Part shown: piece by piece, positions 9,878-19,604 of the stretch
How positions within the stretch are numbered: the first letter of the stretch is position 1
Layout of the letters: each line of letters starts with the position of its first letter
Source of the DNA: a candidate division FCPU426 bacterium
Lineage (GTDB): Bacteria; Oederibacteriota; Muellerivitia; Muellerivitales; Muellerivitaceae
NCBI GenBank assembly: GCA_963847625.1
Contig: CAWKAR010000060.1
Span: forward strand, 32,001 to 96,000
Length of the DNA stretch: 64,000 nt
Reading direction: 5' to 3'
The notes under the pieces: generated by a model
What the model saw: the letters and a program-made list of their open reading frames with translations, nothing else
What the model was told of the DNA's origin: nothing
Databases searched by the model: none
Position numbers and translations under genes: made by a program

Positions 9878-10648
9878 GTGGCTTTGAGAATCGCCCGGCT
9901 TCTTCATAACGGCAAACCCCGCTGGGCCATCCTTTTGGAATCGGTGGAAACTTACCGGGTCTTCGAATCGGATGAGCCGTGGAACGACACGACTTTGGAT
10001 ACGAAATCCCACCCGTTCAAGGAAGCACAGCTACTCGCCCCTTCGGAGCCGTCGAAAATCATCGCGGTCGGGTTAAATTACCTCGATCACATGAAGGAAA
10101 TGGGACTTGAAAAACCAAAGAATCCGATCCTGTTCCTGAAACCCCCTTCCTCCCTGTTGAAGCCGGAGGGGCTGATCCCTTATCCTCCTTCCTCCAACCG
10201 CGTGGATCACGAGGCTGAATTGGCGGTCGTCCTGAAAAACCGGTTGAAAAACGCCGAGCCCCAAGAAGCCTTGAAAGCGGTCTGGGGTTTTACCTGCTGC
10301 AATGACGTGACAGCCCGTGACTTGCAAAATACCGATGGGCAATGGACCCGCGCCAAGGGTTTCGATGGTTTTTGCCCCCTGGGTCCCTGGCTTGTGACGG
10401 ACTTCATTGAAAAAGACCAGAAGATCACCTGCCGGTTGAATGGGGAAATCCGGCAAGCTTCTAAAATATCCCAGCGGATTTGGAACACTGCCGAATTGCT
10501 TTCCTTTACCTCCCGGGTGATGACGCTGGAGCCCTTGGACGTGTTGACGACCGGCACATCCTCCGGGATTGGTCCCATGAAGCCGGGGGACCAGGTCGAG
10601 GTGGAGATTGAAGGGATCGGAATCCTTCGGAATACTATTGGAAAATAA
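9878..10648 (+). CDS. Fumarylacetoacetate hydrolase family protein
   Basis: KIIAVGLNY.DH, DHEAEL, NDVTARDLQ, KGFDGFCPLGP, TGT.SG. Confidence 0.92.
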   Translation: MALRIARLLHNGKPRWAILLESVETYRVFESDEPWNDTTLDTKSHPFKEAQLLAPSEPSKIIAVGLNYLDHMKEMGLEKPKNPILFLKPPSSLLKPEGLIPYPPSSNRVDHEAELAVVLKNRLKNAEPQEALKAVWGFTCCNDVTARDLQNTDGQWTRAKGFDGFCPLGPWLVTDFIEKDQKITCRLNGEIRQASKISQRIWNTAELLSFTSRVMTLEPLDVLTTGTSSGIGPMKPGDQVEVEIEGIGILRNTIGK

Positions 10649-10685
10649 GTCTTCGATTTGAAACCTTGTGGAGTTTTGGCGGAAC

Positions 10686-11171
10686 ATGACAACAGTTTAT
10701 CTTTCACTCGGATCGAATTTTGGGAATCGGGAAAACTATCTGGCGGAAGCCCGGCTGGCCCTGATGCAGGCTTTTACCGGTGTCAGGTTCTCCGGGGTCT
10801 ATGAAACCGAACCAGTGGAATACAGGGAACAGCCCTGGTTTTTGAACCAAGTAGCCGAAGTTCAGACCGAAATGGATCCCGAAACTTTGCTAGAATGGGC
10901 GCGTCAGTTGGAAAGCCGGCAGGGCCGGCAAAGGACAATTCCCAAAGGACCCCGGAGCTTGGACGTGGACTTATTGCTTTACGGGGACCTGGTTCTCCTG
11001 GGAAAGGAATTGGTCTTGCCCCACCCGGCGATCCGGTTCCGCAGGCACGTGTTGGTTCCATTGGCCGAGTTGGCCGGCGGGAAACTGTTGCCGGATGCCC
11101 GGTTGACGGTGGGGGAAGCGCTTCAAAACACGCAGGATTTCTCAAAGGTGAATCCATATGCTTCGTCATAA
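10686..11171 (+). CDS. folK: 2-amino-4-hydroxy-6-hydroxymethyldihydropteridine diphosphokinase
   Basis: YLSLGSN, YETEP, FLNQV, GPRSLDVDLL, PHP. Confidence 0.95.
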   Translation: MTTVYLSLGSNFGNRENYLAEARLALMQAFTGVRFSGVYETEPVEYREQPWFLNQVAEVQTEMDPETLLEWARQLESRQGRQRTIPKGPRSLDVDLLLYGDLVLLGKELVLPHPAIRFRRHVLVPLAELAGGKLLPDARLTVGEALQNTQDFSKVNPYASS

Positions 11172-11802
11172 ATACATCGCCATCGAGGGCCCGATCGGCG
11201 TCGGGAAAACCAGCTTGGCCGAAATCCTGGCTAAAAAGCTCAACACCCGCCTGGTTTTGGAAGGCGCGGAAAATAACCCCTTCATACACCATTTTTACAG
11301 CAACATGGAAAAGCACGCGTTCCAGACCCAGTTGTTCTTCCTTCTCACCCGGTACAAGCAACAGCAGGACATGGCCCAGAGCGACCTTTTCCAGCAGGGG
11401 CTGATCAGCGATTACCTCTTCGCCAAGGACCGGATCTTCGCCAACCTTACCCTCGACGATAATGAGCTTAAACTTTACGAACAGATCCATTCCATTCTCA
11501 ACGGGAGGGTACTGAAGCCGGACTTCGTGATCTATCTCCAGGCCTCCACGGAAGTCCTGCTGAAACGCATCGCCTTACGGGGCCGGAAATTCGAGAACCA
11601 GATCAACTCGGATTACCTCGCGGAGTTGAACCAGGCTTATAACTACTATTTCTTCCACTACGAGGAAACGCCACTGATGGTCGTGAACACCAGCGAGATC
11701 GACTTCGTCCACCGCGACGCGGATTTGGACGACCTCCTGACCCATTTGGGAAAGGTCACCAAAGGGACGGTTTATTACCAGCCCGTCAGTCTGAAAAAAT
11801 AA
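11158..11802 (+). CDS. Deoxynucleoside kinase
   Basis: IAIEGPIGVGKT P-loop, KDRIFA, RIALRGR.FE; usual folK-dNK-panB context. Confidence 0.92.
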   Translation: MLRHKYIAIEGPIGVGKTSLAEILAKKLNTRLVLEGAENNPFIHHFYSNMEKHAFQTQLFFLLTRYKQQQDMAQSDLFQQGLISDYLFAKDRIFANLTLDDNELKLYEQIHSILNGRVLKPDFVIYLQASTEVLLKRIALRGRKFENQINSDYLAELNQAYNYYFFHYEETPLMVVNTSEIDFVHRDADLDDLLTHLGKVTKGTVYYQPVSLKK

Positions 11803-11841
11803 ATTAAAACCTTTTGGATAAAGGCAGGCACTTAAACTCTT

Positions 11842-12627
11842 ATGTTAAAAAGAACGAATACAACAGACTTCATCAAAAAATGCGACGCGGGGGAGAAACT
11901 TGTCCTCTGCACCGCCTATGACTATTCCATGGCCCTGGCCGTGGACGCGGCGGGCGTGGATGCCATCCTCGTGGGAGATACCCTGAACATGACCATGCTG
12001 GGCCGGGAAAACACCCTAACGGCCACGATGGATGAGATGATCCACCATTGCAAGGCCGTGGTGAGGGGCACCCAACAGGCGATGGTGATCGCGGACATGC
12101 CTTTTCTTTCCTACCAGCTGGGCTTGGAGGAAGCCCTTGAAAACGCCGGCTTGTTCCTGACAGAGGGGGGAGCGCAAGCCGTGAAATTGGAATGGTGCCC
12201 CCAAGCGGGGGAAGTAACGGAATTCCTCGTCCAAAACGGCATCCCGGTCATGGGTCACGTAGGATGCACGCCCCAACATATCCACCAAATGGGCGGTTAT
12301 CACAAGCAGGGCAAAGATTCGGTCTCCGCGGGCCGGATCTTAAAAGAAGCCAAAGCCTTGGAATACGCCGGGGCCTTCTCGATCGTGTTGGAATTGGTTT
12401 CCGCCGAAATCGCCCGAAAAATCACCCAAAGACTTCAAATTCCGACCATTGGGATTGGTTCGGGTCCCCATTGTGACGGCCAGGTCCAGGTGCTGCACGA
12501 CTTATTGGGGTTGCTACCTGATTTCCATCCCAAGCACGCCAAGGCTTATTTGAAGCTCCATGAGGAAATCCAAAAGGCGATCAAACTCTACGCCAACGAG
12601 GTTCGTTCCGGAAAATTCCCCGCGTAA
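11842..12627 (+). CDS. panB: 3-methyl-2-oxobutanoate hydroxymethyltransferase
   Basis: TAYDY, ILVGD, ADMPFLSY, VKLE, IGIG.G...DGQV. Confidence 0.96.
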   Translation: MLKRTNTTDFIKKCDAGEKLVLCTAYDYSMALAVDAAGVDAILVGDTLNMTMLGRENTLTATMDEMIHHCKAVVRGTQQAMVIADMPFLSYQLGLEEALENAGLFLTEGGAQAVKLEWCPQAGEVTEFLVQNGIPVMGHVGCTPQHIHQMGGYHKQGKDSVSAGRILKEAKALEYAGAFSIVLELVSAEIARKITQRLQIPTIGIGSGPHCDGQVQVLHDLLGLLPDFHPKHAKAYLKLHEEIQKAIKLYANEVRSGKFPA

Positions 12628-12808
12628 AATCCCGATCTAAAATAAATAATTGATTTCACGTGGGAAAAACCGCTTCCAAAACCTTCACGCCCGAAGAAAT
12701 GGATTTCGCGAAAAACCAAAACAAAATTGACGTAAAAACACGACGTCCTCGTATTGAAAGTGGTAATCTGTTTAAACGATTTTGAGAAATCATTTACTAG
12801 AGGTCGCG

Positions 12809-14300
12809 ATGCGCTGTTCCTTTTATCTTCCGTGTTTCGTTTTATTTCTTCTGTTTTGGTCGTTTTTTTTTTATCGCATGCAAAAAAGAATTCTCGACCG
12901 CGCCAAAATCAACCCCTACCTCAACTCCTACCAGCAGTTTTACCCCCATCTCCGACCCCGGAACCTTAACGCCGACCTGGTCATTAACGCCCACCTCCAT
13001 GACTTTTAGCCCAACGCCGACCCTATCTCCGATGGGCATCCCCACCAACACTTATACCGTTACCCCGACCTCGACACTAACGGCGACCCAGACTCCGTCT
13101 TGCGGGGTGATGGGCTCAGCTTTTGTTCACCCGGGCGCCTGGTCGTCTTGTGCGGAACTGAACTTCGTAAAGGCGCAGATCCTGGCGGGGAACCAGCCTT
13201 GGACCCAACAGTTAGCCAATTTGGAGGGGCAAACAGGGGGATCTGCCTCAGGACTGAATGTGAATGGGAAACTATTCGATTCTTGCAATGACGAGAGCGA
13301 CGGCCAAACCGACTCGGCGCTTTGCTACGCGAACGCCCTTGCCTGGTATTTGACGGGCACCCAATCCTATTACACCAAGGCCATGGGCATTCTCGCCAAC
13401 TACGCGACCATGACCGGCATGACTTCTTCCTGCGGATGGAACCAGCAGTACACGTTGGACGCGGGGTGGTTCGGCGGTCTTTTCGCCAACGCGTGCGAAC
13501 TCTTGCGGATGAATCCCAGCTGGACCACCGCGGACACCACGACCTATGTCAACATGTTCAAGACCGGTTGGTACCCGGGCGTGACCACCATGAGCAACGG
13601 AAACGGGAATGTCGACCTGACCCAGATCGACGCCATGATGTCCATGGCGGTCTTTTGCGACGACCAAACCACTTTCGGCAACGCCGTCACCCGATACCAA
13701 GCCCGGATACCCGCCTACATCTACAGCTCCACCTGGCCTCAAATTCCCAATAGCACCAACCCGGACACCGGCAACAACATGCCCGCAACGATCAACGGGG
13801 ACCTTTACAACGGCCCCGCGACTTCGTGCAGTCCCCAGTTCCCGAACAACTTCTGGATGTGTCCCAACGAATGGATTGCGGGTTTGATGCAGGAGACTTG
13901 CCGGGACAACGGCCACCACGCCCAGTTCGGCCTGGACGCGGCGGTCCAATGCGCCGAGATCGACTACCACCAGGGAAGCACGTACGCTTTATACGCGACC
14001 TACGAGACATTCTTGGTGCCGGCTTTGGAATTGCTCGCCCAGGAGTTGTACAACGACAACGCTTCTCCCTGTAACGGGCTCGAGAATACCCAGGATGGCG
14101 GCCAGGCCTTCGACACCTTCGAGATCGGATACAATGAGTACGTCAACCGCCTTGGATTGGGAACAGCCCAGGGAACGGGATTGTATTACACGAATTTATA
14201 CCTTCCCGAACTGCGGAATAACGCGACTTATTACGGAAACACCCTATGGGCCCTGTTCAATATTTCCTGGGAGACCCTGACTCACGCCGGGGTGAATTAA
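12809..14300 (+). CDS. Alginate lyase-family (alpha/alpha toroid) lipoprotein with Thr/Pro linker; frameshifted at T10 (12863-12872)
   Basis: FVHPG, NGN.DL, QETCRD.GHHAQFG in ORF 12999-14300. That frame extends upstream to FIAC-KKEFSTAPKSTPT. ATG 12809 with GAGGT RBS and a hydrophobic signal is in the adjacent frame and joins if T10 is T9. Confidence 0.7.
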
Positions 14301-14349
14301 ACCGGGTCTATTCGATAAGCCAAGTTTTAATCCCTTAAAGGAGAAAACG

Positions 14350-16470
14350 ATGAAGAAAATTCTGTGTCTAACAACGGTTCTCTTGTTCCTCGCGCCCGTA
14401 GCCTTCGCGGCCGTGGTTGAGGATTGGACCAATGTGCAAGGTGCGAACACCGGAACCTATATGGACAGCAACGGCTCCAAGATCGACTTTGCGGTCGATG
14501 CGGGCCCCAAGGGCGGGCAGAAGGCGTTGAAGTTGACCTCCAGCCTCGTGCAAGGGGGTTATTGCGGCATCTGGCACAATTTCATGGCCGACCTGTCGAA
14601 GTCCGGAAACTTGAAGTTCATGGCCAAATCCACCCTTCCCGGGGAGATCCAGGTCGCTTTGAAGGACGCCTATAACGTGCAATACATCGCCAAGGCGCAG
14701 GTCGCCGCGGATTGGGCGGAAGTTTCCATCCCCCTTTCCAGTTTCCGCAAAGACCCCTATTACACCCAACCTGACGCCATCACGGGCCATTTGATGGACC
14801 TCAGCAAGACCTCCGGGATGAACCTGGCCCCCACGATGGTAGGCTCCGCGGTGCTATTGTTCGGGCAGGTCGAGAGCGACGGGAACGTGGCCGCCGCGCC
14901 AAGCGCCCAAGCGCCCGTGACGGAGGCCAAGGATCTTCAGTTCGTCGTGATGCCCGACGAGGTTATCGGGCCCATCAGCCCCTACATCTATGGCCTGAGC
15001 GACCAGGACCCTTCCGGCATGAACGCGACCGTCCGCCGCCTGGGCGGTAACCGCATGACGGGATACAATTGGACGAACAACTACTCCAACGCCGGCACCG
15101 ATTGGAAGAATTCCAGCGACGATTGGCTCTGCGTTTCCCCCATCAAATACAACGATTGCGACCAGCCCGGCGCTCTATACCGTCATTTCGCGGAGGAAAA
15201 CCAGAAGGCGGGGCTGAAATCGCTCGTCACGATTCAGATGGCGGGTTACGTGGCCGCCGATAAAAAGGGCGAGGTCTTGAAGGAGGAGACGGCCCCGAGT
15301 CCCCGTTGGGCCAAGGTGGAGTTCGAGAAAAAAGGCCCCTACACCCTGACGCCCAAGCCGGACAGCCCGGTCGTTTACGACGACGAGTTCGTCAACTTCC
15401 TGGTTCAAACCTTCAAGCCGGCGTCGAAGGGCGGCATCAAGTTTTACAACCTCGACAACGAGCCCGCTCTTTGGTGCGGCAAGCATCCCCGCATCCACCC
15501 GGACAAGCTCACCTATCCCGAGATCTTGGATAAATCCCTCCAACTGGCTCATGCCATCCTCAAGGTGGATCCTTCCGCCATGATCCTCGGGCCGGTGGCC
15601 TACGGCTGGCAGGAATTCATCACCCTCCAGGAATCGGCGGACTACGTGGAAATGAACAAGACCTACGGTTCCTACCTCGATTACTATCTGGCCCAGTTCC
15701 AGGCGCAGGAAAAGAAGGAAGGCCAGAGGCTTCTGCACGTGCTAGACCTTCATTGGTACCCGGAGGCCCAGGGCGGGGGAATGCGCATTACCGAGAACGA
15801 CGTCTCGCCCGATTCCATCGATGCCCGCGTCCAGGCGCCCCGCAGTCTGTGGGACCCCGATTACATTGAAAAAAGCTGGATCACCCAGTGGTCCACCCAT
15901 AACAAGCCCATCTGCCTCATCCCCTGGGTCAAGGAAAAGATCGACAAGCATTATCCCGGGACAAAGCTTTCCTTCTCGGAGTACGACTACGGCGGCGGCA
16001 ACCACATCTCTGGTGGGATCGCCCAGGCGGACGTGTTGGGGATCTTCGGGAAAACCGGCGTTTATATGTCAAACTACTGGGGGGACCTGAACCCCTATAA
16101 CAAGGCAGCATTTAAGCTCTACCGCAATTACGACGGGAACAACGCGGCCATCGGGGGAACATCGGTATCCGCTTCGGCAGGGGACATCACATTGGCATCC
16201 ATCTACGCCGCGACCGACCCCTCTCAGCCAGGGACCCTATGGCTGGTGGTCTTGAACAAGAGCCAGAAGGTCGCTATCCATGGCAAGTTCAAGTTCCAGG
16301 GAAAAGAAACCTATAAGAAATATGTTTGTTACGGGTTCGACGGGAAATCGCCGGAAATCCAGAAAATCAAGGAGGGCGGGATCGACAAGGATCACTTCAA
16401 CTATTCCTTGGCACCCCTCTCTGCCACCCTCTTCGTCTGCCGGGGGAATGATCAACAACAGAAGAAATGA
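14350..16470 (+). CDS. Secreted GH44 endoglucanase/xyloglucanase with N-terminal CBM11/CIA30-like module
   Basis: Signal peptide; RRLGGNRMTGYNW..N.SNAG.DW, LDNEPALW...HPRIHP, DLHWYPEA, SEYDYGG, AQADVLGIFG. Confidence 0.88.
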   Translation: MKKILCLTTVLLFLAPVAFAAVVEDWTNVQGANTGTYMDSNGSKIDFAVDAGPKGGQKALKLTSSLVQGGYCGIWHNFMADLSKSGNLKFMAKSTLPGEIQVALKDAYNVQYIAKAQVAADWAEVSIPLSSFRKDPYYTQPDAITGHLMDLSKTSGMNLAPTMVGSAVLLFGQVESDGNVAAAPSAQAPVTEAKDLQFVVMPDEVIGPISPYIYGLSDQDPSGMNATVRRLGGNRMTGYNWTNNYSNAGTDWKNSSDDWLCVSPIKYNDCDQPGALYRHFAEENQKAGLKSLVTIQMAGYVAADKKGEVLKEETAPSPRWAKVEFEKKGPYTLTPKPDSPVVYDDEFVNFLVQTFKPASKGGIKFYNLDNEPALWCGKHPRIHPDKLTYPEILDKSLQLAHAILKVDPSAMILGPVAYGWQEFITLQESADYVEMNKTYGSYLDYYLAQFQAQEKKEGQRLLHVLDLHWYPEAQGGGMRITENDVSPDSIDARVQAPRSLWDPDYIEKSWITQWSTHNKPICLIPWVKEKIDKHYPGTKLSFSEYDYGGGNHISGGIAQADVLGIFGKTGVYMSNYWGDLNPYNKAAFKLYRNYDGNNAAIGGTSVSASAGDITLASIYAATDPSQPGTLWLVVLNKSQKVAIHGKFKFQGKETYKKYVCYGFDGKSPEIQKIKEGGIDKDHFNYSLAPLSATLFVCRGNDQQQKK

Positions 16471-16503
16471 ACCACATGTGACGTAAATCAAATCCACGAA
16501 TAA

Positions 16504-17220
16504 ATGGGGCAATGGAAAAACATGGTTAATATAAAAAACAAATGGGTTTTGCTAACCGGCGCCAGTCGGGGTGTCGGGATGAGAGTCGCTAAAGGGTTAG
16601 CCGACCATGGTTGCAAGTTAATTTTGCAAAGCAGGAATTTAGAGGGCACCAAAATATTGGTCGAAGAGCTGAAAGCCAAGGGCGTTGAAGCTTACGGTGT
16701 TGCCGCGGAGTTATCCGATATAAAACAAGTCGAGCATTTGATTGCCGACGCCAAGCGCATATCGGAAGATCACATCGACATTCTTTATAACAACGCCGCG
16801 GTCATGACTAAATTCCATGAGGATAAATACGGCGCGACAGCCGATGAATATACCTTGAGTTTTTTGGTGAACGCGACTGTTCCTTCTGTAATCTGCAACG
16901 CGTTCATACCTCAAATGGTTAAAAGAGGCTGGAGACGAATCGTGAACGTGACTTCGGGCATTGCCGATCAGCCGCAATTAATGCCCTATAGTTGCTCCAA
17001 GGCCGCTTTGGACCGTTATGTGCGCGACCTGATCACCACCCTCGCCGGAACCGGCGTTCTTATTAATTTGATGGACCCGGGATGGCTGAGAACCGATTTA
17101 GGCGGGCCCCAAGCGCCGAACGATCCTGATCGTGTTTTGCCCGGAGCCCTGGTGCCTGTGCTGTTAGAGGAGAAAGAGGGAAGTGGTAAGCTTTACCATG
17201 CCATGGATTATTGTAAGTAA
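16504..17220 (+). CDS. Short-chain dehydrogenase/reductase
   Basis: TGASRGVG, YNNAA, YSCSK, DPGWLRTD; start may be ATG 16522. Confidence 0.9.
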   Translation: MGQWKNMVNIKNKWVLLTGASRGVGMRVAKGLADHGCKLILQSRNLEGTKILVEELKAKGVEAYGVAAELSDIKQVEHLIADAKRISEDHIDILYNNAAVMTKFHEDKYGATADEYTLSFLVNATVPSVICNAFIPQMVKRGWRRIVNVTSGIADQPQLMPYSCSKAALDRYVRDLITTLAGTGVLINLMDPGWLRTDLGGPQAPNDPDRVLPGALVPVLLEEKEGSGKLYHAMDYCK

Positions 17221-17283
17221 TATAAAGACGATAATCCGTAAATCACTTTACCGTTTTTCAAATAAAGGATTTAACGAAACATC

Positions 17284-18129
17284 ATGAAAGTCATTTCTAA
17301 AACACAAGCGATGCAGGACCTTTGCCGAAAATGGCGGATGGCGAAAAAAACCATAGGTTTCGTGCCCACCATGGGAGCCCTCCACGAGGGGCATTTGGAG
17401 TTGGTCAAGACCTCCAAGAAAGAAAACCAAGTCACGGTCGTTTCGATTTTCGTGAATCCCACCCAATTCGGCCCTTCCGAGGATTTTCTCCGGTACCCCC
17501 GCACCCTGGAAAAAGACAAGGCGCTCCTCAAACCCTTGGAAATCAACGCGGTTTTTGCCCCGAATAAAAGGGAAATGTATCCCCATGGATTTTCATCCCA
17601 AGTCAAGGTATCCGGAAAACTGGTGGAAACCCTCTGCGGTCCCCTCCGCCCCGGCCATTTTGACGGTGTTGCGACCGTCGTGGTGAAACTCCTCGAAATT
17701 ACACAGCCCACCCGCCTTTACCTGGGACAGAAAGACGCCCAGCAAGCGGCCGTGCTCAAGCATGTCATCAAGGACCTCAATATCGGCGTCAAGCCCGTTA
17801 TCTGCCCTACCGTCCGGGAACACGACGGCCTGGCCATGAGTTCCCGCAACTTGAACCTGACCCTAAATGGCCGCAAGACCGCGCCTATTCTTTACAGGGC
17901 CCTCAAAGTGGGGAAGAGCATCGTGGATTTGGGGGAGAATGACACGTCAAAGGTCCTGAAAGAGATCAAGAAAGTGATCCTGAATGAGAAGAAGTTCAAG
18001 CTCCAATACCTGGAGGCGGTCGAATCTGAAACCCTGGAATCCTTGAAACATGTTAAACGTGGCCGAACCCTTGTCGCATTGGCGGCCTACCTTGACAACG
18101 TTCGGTTGATTGACAATATATTGATTTAG
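17284..18129 (+). CDS. panC: Pantoate-beta-alanine ligase
   Basis: GFVPTMGALHEGH, SIFVNPTQF, RPGHFDGV, GQKDAQQ, DGLAMSSRN, RLIDN. Confidence 0.97.
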   Translation: MKVISKTQAMQDLCRKWRMAKKTIGFVPTMGALHEGHLELVKTSKKENQVTVVSIFVNPTQFGPSEDFLRYPRTLEKDKALLKPLEINAVFAPNKREMYPHGFSSQVKVSGKLVETLCGPLRPGHFDGVATVVVKLLEITQPTRLYLGQKDAQQAAVLKHVIKDLNIGVKPVICPTVREHDGLAMSSRNLNLTLNGRKTAPILYRALKVGKSIVDLGENDTSKVLKEIKKVILNEKKFKLQYLEAVESETLESLKHVKRGRTLVALAAYLDNVRLIDNILI

Positions 18130-18300
18130 CGGTTCCTCTTCTTCAATTCATCCGTCCCTTGAACCCTCCTGTTGGCGTCTTACACCAGCCGGGCAAGGTG
18201 AAACAAAGGCAAAATGCGCCGGGGGGGTTTTATTCGTGTTATCGTTCCGCTAAACTATCTGCCATTCTTGACTGGTTTTTTCAGTAAAAGAAAGGGAAAA

Positions 18301-18666
18301 ATGGCCAGGACATTCGTTAAATCCAAGATCCAAAAAGCGACCGTGACCCAAACCGACCTCCATTACGAGGGAAGCATCACGCTCGATCCCAAGATCATGC
18401 GCGCCGCGGATATCGCGCCCTACGAGCAGGTCCACGTGCTCAACCTGAACAACGGCAACCGCCTGGAAACCTACGCCATCGGGGGTAAACCCAATTCCGG
18501 GACTGTTTGCATGAACGGTGCGGCCGCCCGCCACGCCGAGAAAGGGGATTTGGTCATCGTGTTGACCTACGAGTCTTTTCCCCAGGAACCGCCGGTGGGC
18601 TACAAACCCAAGGTGGTTTTATTGGACTCGAAAAACAGGATCAAAAAAGTGAAAAAAGGGAGCTAA
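18301..18666 (+). CDS. panD: Aspartate 1-decarboxylase
   Basis: KSKIQKATVT, YEGSIT cleavage site, NGNRLETY, NGAAAR. Confidence 0.95.
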   Translation: MARTFVKSKIQKATVTQTDLHYEGSITLDPKIMRAADIAPYEQVHVLNLNNGNRLETYAIGGKPNSGTVCMNGAAARHAEKGDLVIVLTYESFPQEPPVGYKPKVVLLDSKNRIKKVKKGS

Positions 18667-18668
18667 CC

Positions 18669-19604
18669 ATGTCCTTGGACCTATTCCCGAATGATGAAAA
18701 GCTTTGCGCCTTGATTCGGGACCTGAAAAAAGAAAGAAAGGCGGTGATCCTGGCCCACAGCTACGAGCGGCCCGAGGTGCAGGATATCGCGGACCACGTG
18801 GGGGATTCCCTGGAATTGTCCCGCCTGGCGGCTAAAACCGACGCGGACGTCATCGTATTCTGCAGTGTGATGTTCATGGCCGAGACGGCCAAGATCCTCT
18901 CCCCCCAAAAAATGGTTCTTATTCCCGTGCCCGAAGCCGGCTGTCCCTTGGCCGACATGATCACCCCCGCCCAGTTGGCGGAGGAAAAAGCCAAGCATCC
19001 CAATGCGGCGGTCGTGGCCTACGTCAACTGCTCCGCCGAAATCAAGTCCATGGCCGACGTCTGCTGTACCTCGGCCAACGCCCTGCAGGTGGTCAACTCC
19101 GTTCCCGCGGAGGAAATCCTCTTCGTCCCGGACCAGCACCTGGGCCGGTGGGTCCAGGCCCATACGGACAAGAAAATGCTCCTTTGGGCGGGCTGCTGCC
19201 CCACCCACCAGCGCATGAAGGCCAAGGACATCCTGGACATGAAACGCGACCATCCCGGCGCGCTCGTGGTGGTGCATCCCGAGGCCAATGAGGACATCTG
19301 TAATATGGCCGACGAGGTCCTATCCACCTCCCAAATGCTCCGTTTTTGCCAGGCTTCCAGCGCGGAAACCTTCATCATCGGGACTGAGATGGGGCTGCTG
19401 CACCGCTTGCGCAAGACCATGCCCGGCAAGGTATTCCTCCAGCCCAGCAAGGGGCTGATCTGCCCCAACATGAAGATGACCCAGCTGGAGGACTTGTATG
19501 AATCCTTGAAGGCGCTCCAGACTCCCATCGAGATCCCCGAACCCATCCGCGTCAAGGCCCTGAAGGCGATCGATGGCATGTTAGCGGCGGTTCCGTCCAA
19601 GTGA
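18669..19604 (+). CDS. nadA: Quinolinate synthase
   Basis: AVILAH.Y, VGDSL, FCSVMFMAE, AGCPLAD, YVNCSA, HPE, CPNMK. Confidence 0.96.
   Translation: MSLDLFPNDEKLCALIRDLKKERKAVILAHSYERPEVQDIADHVGDSLELSRLAAKTDADVIVFCSVMFMAETAKILSPQKMVLIPVPEAGCPLADMITPAQLAEEKAKHPNAAVVAYVNCSAEIKSMADVCCTSANALQVVNSVPAEEILFVPDQHLGRWVQAHTDKKMLLWAGCCPTHQRMKAKDILDMKRDHPGALVVVHPEANEDICNMADEVLSTSQMLRFCQASSAETFIIGTEMGLLHRLRKTMPGKVFLQPSKGLICPNMKMTQLEDLYESLKALQTPIEIPEPIRVKALKAIDGMLAAVPSK

Noticed and set aside
18195..18235. c-di-GMP-I riboswitch (AAAGGCAAA)
   Set aside because: Lacks the GNRA-capped P2 stem and the second GCAAA/P3 element
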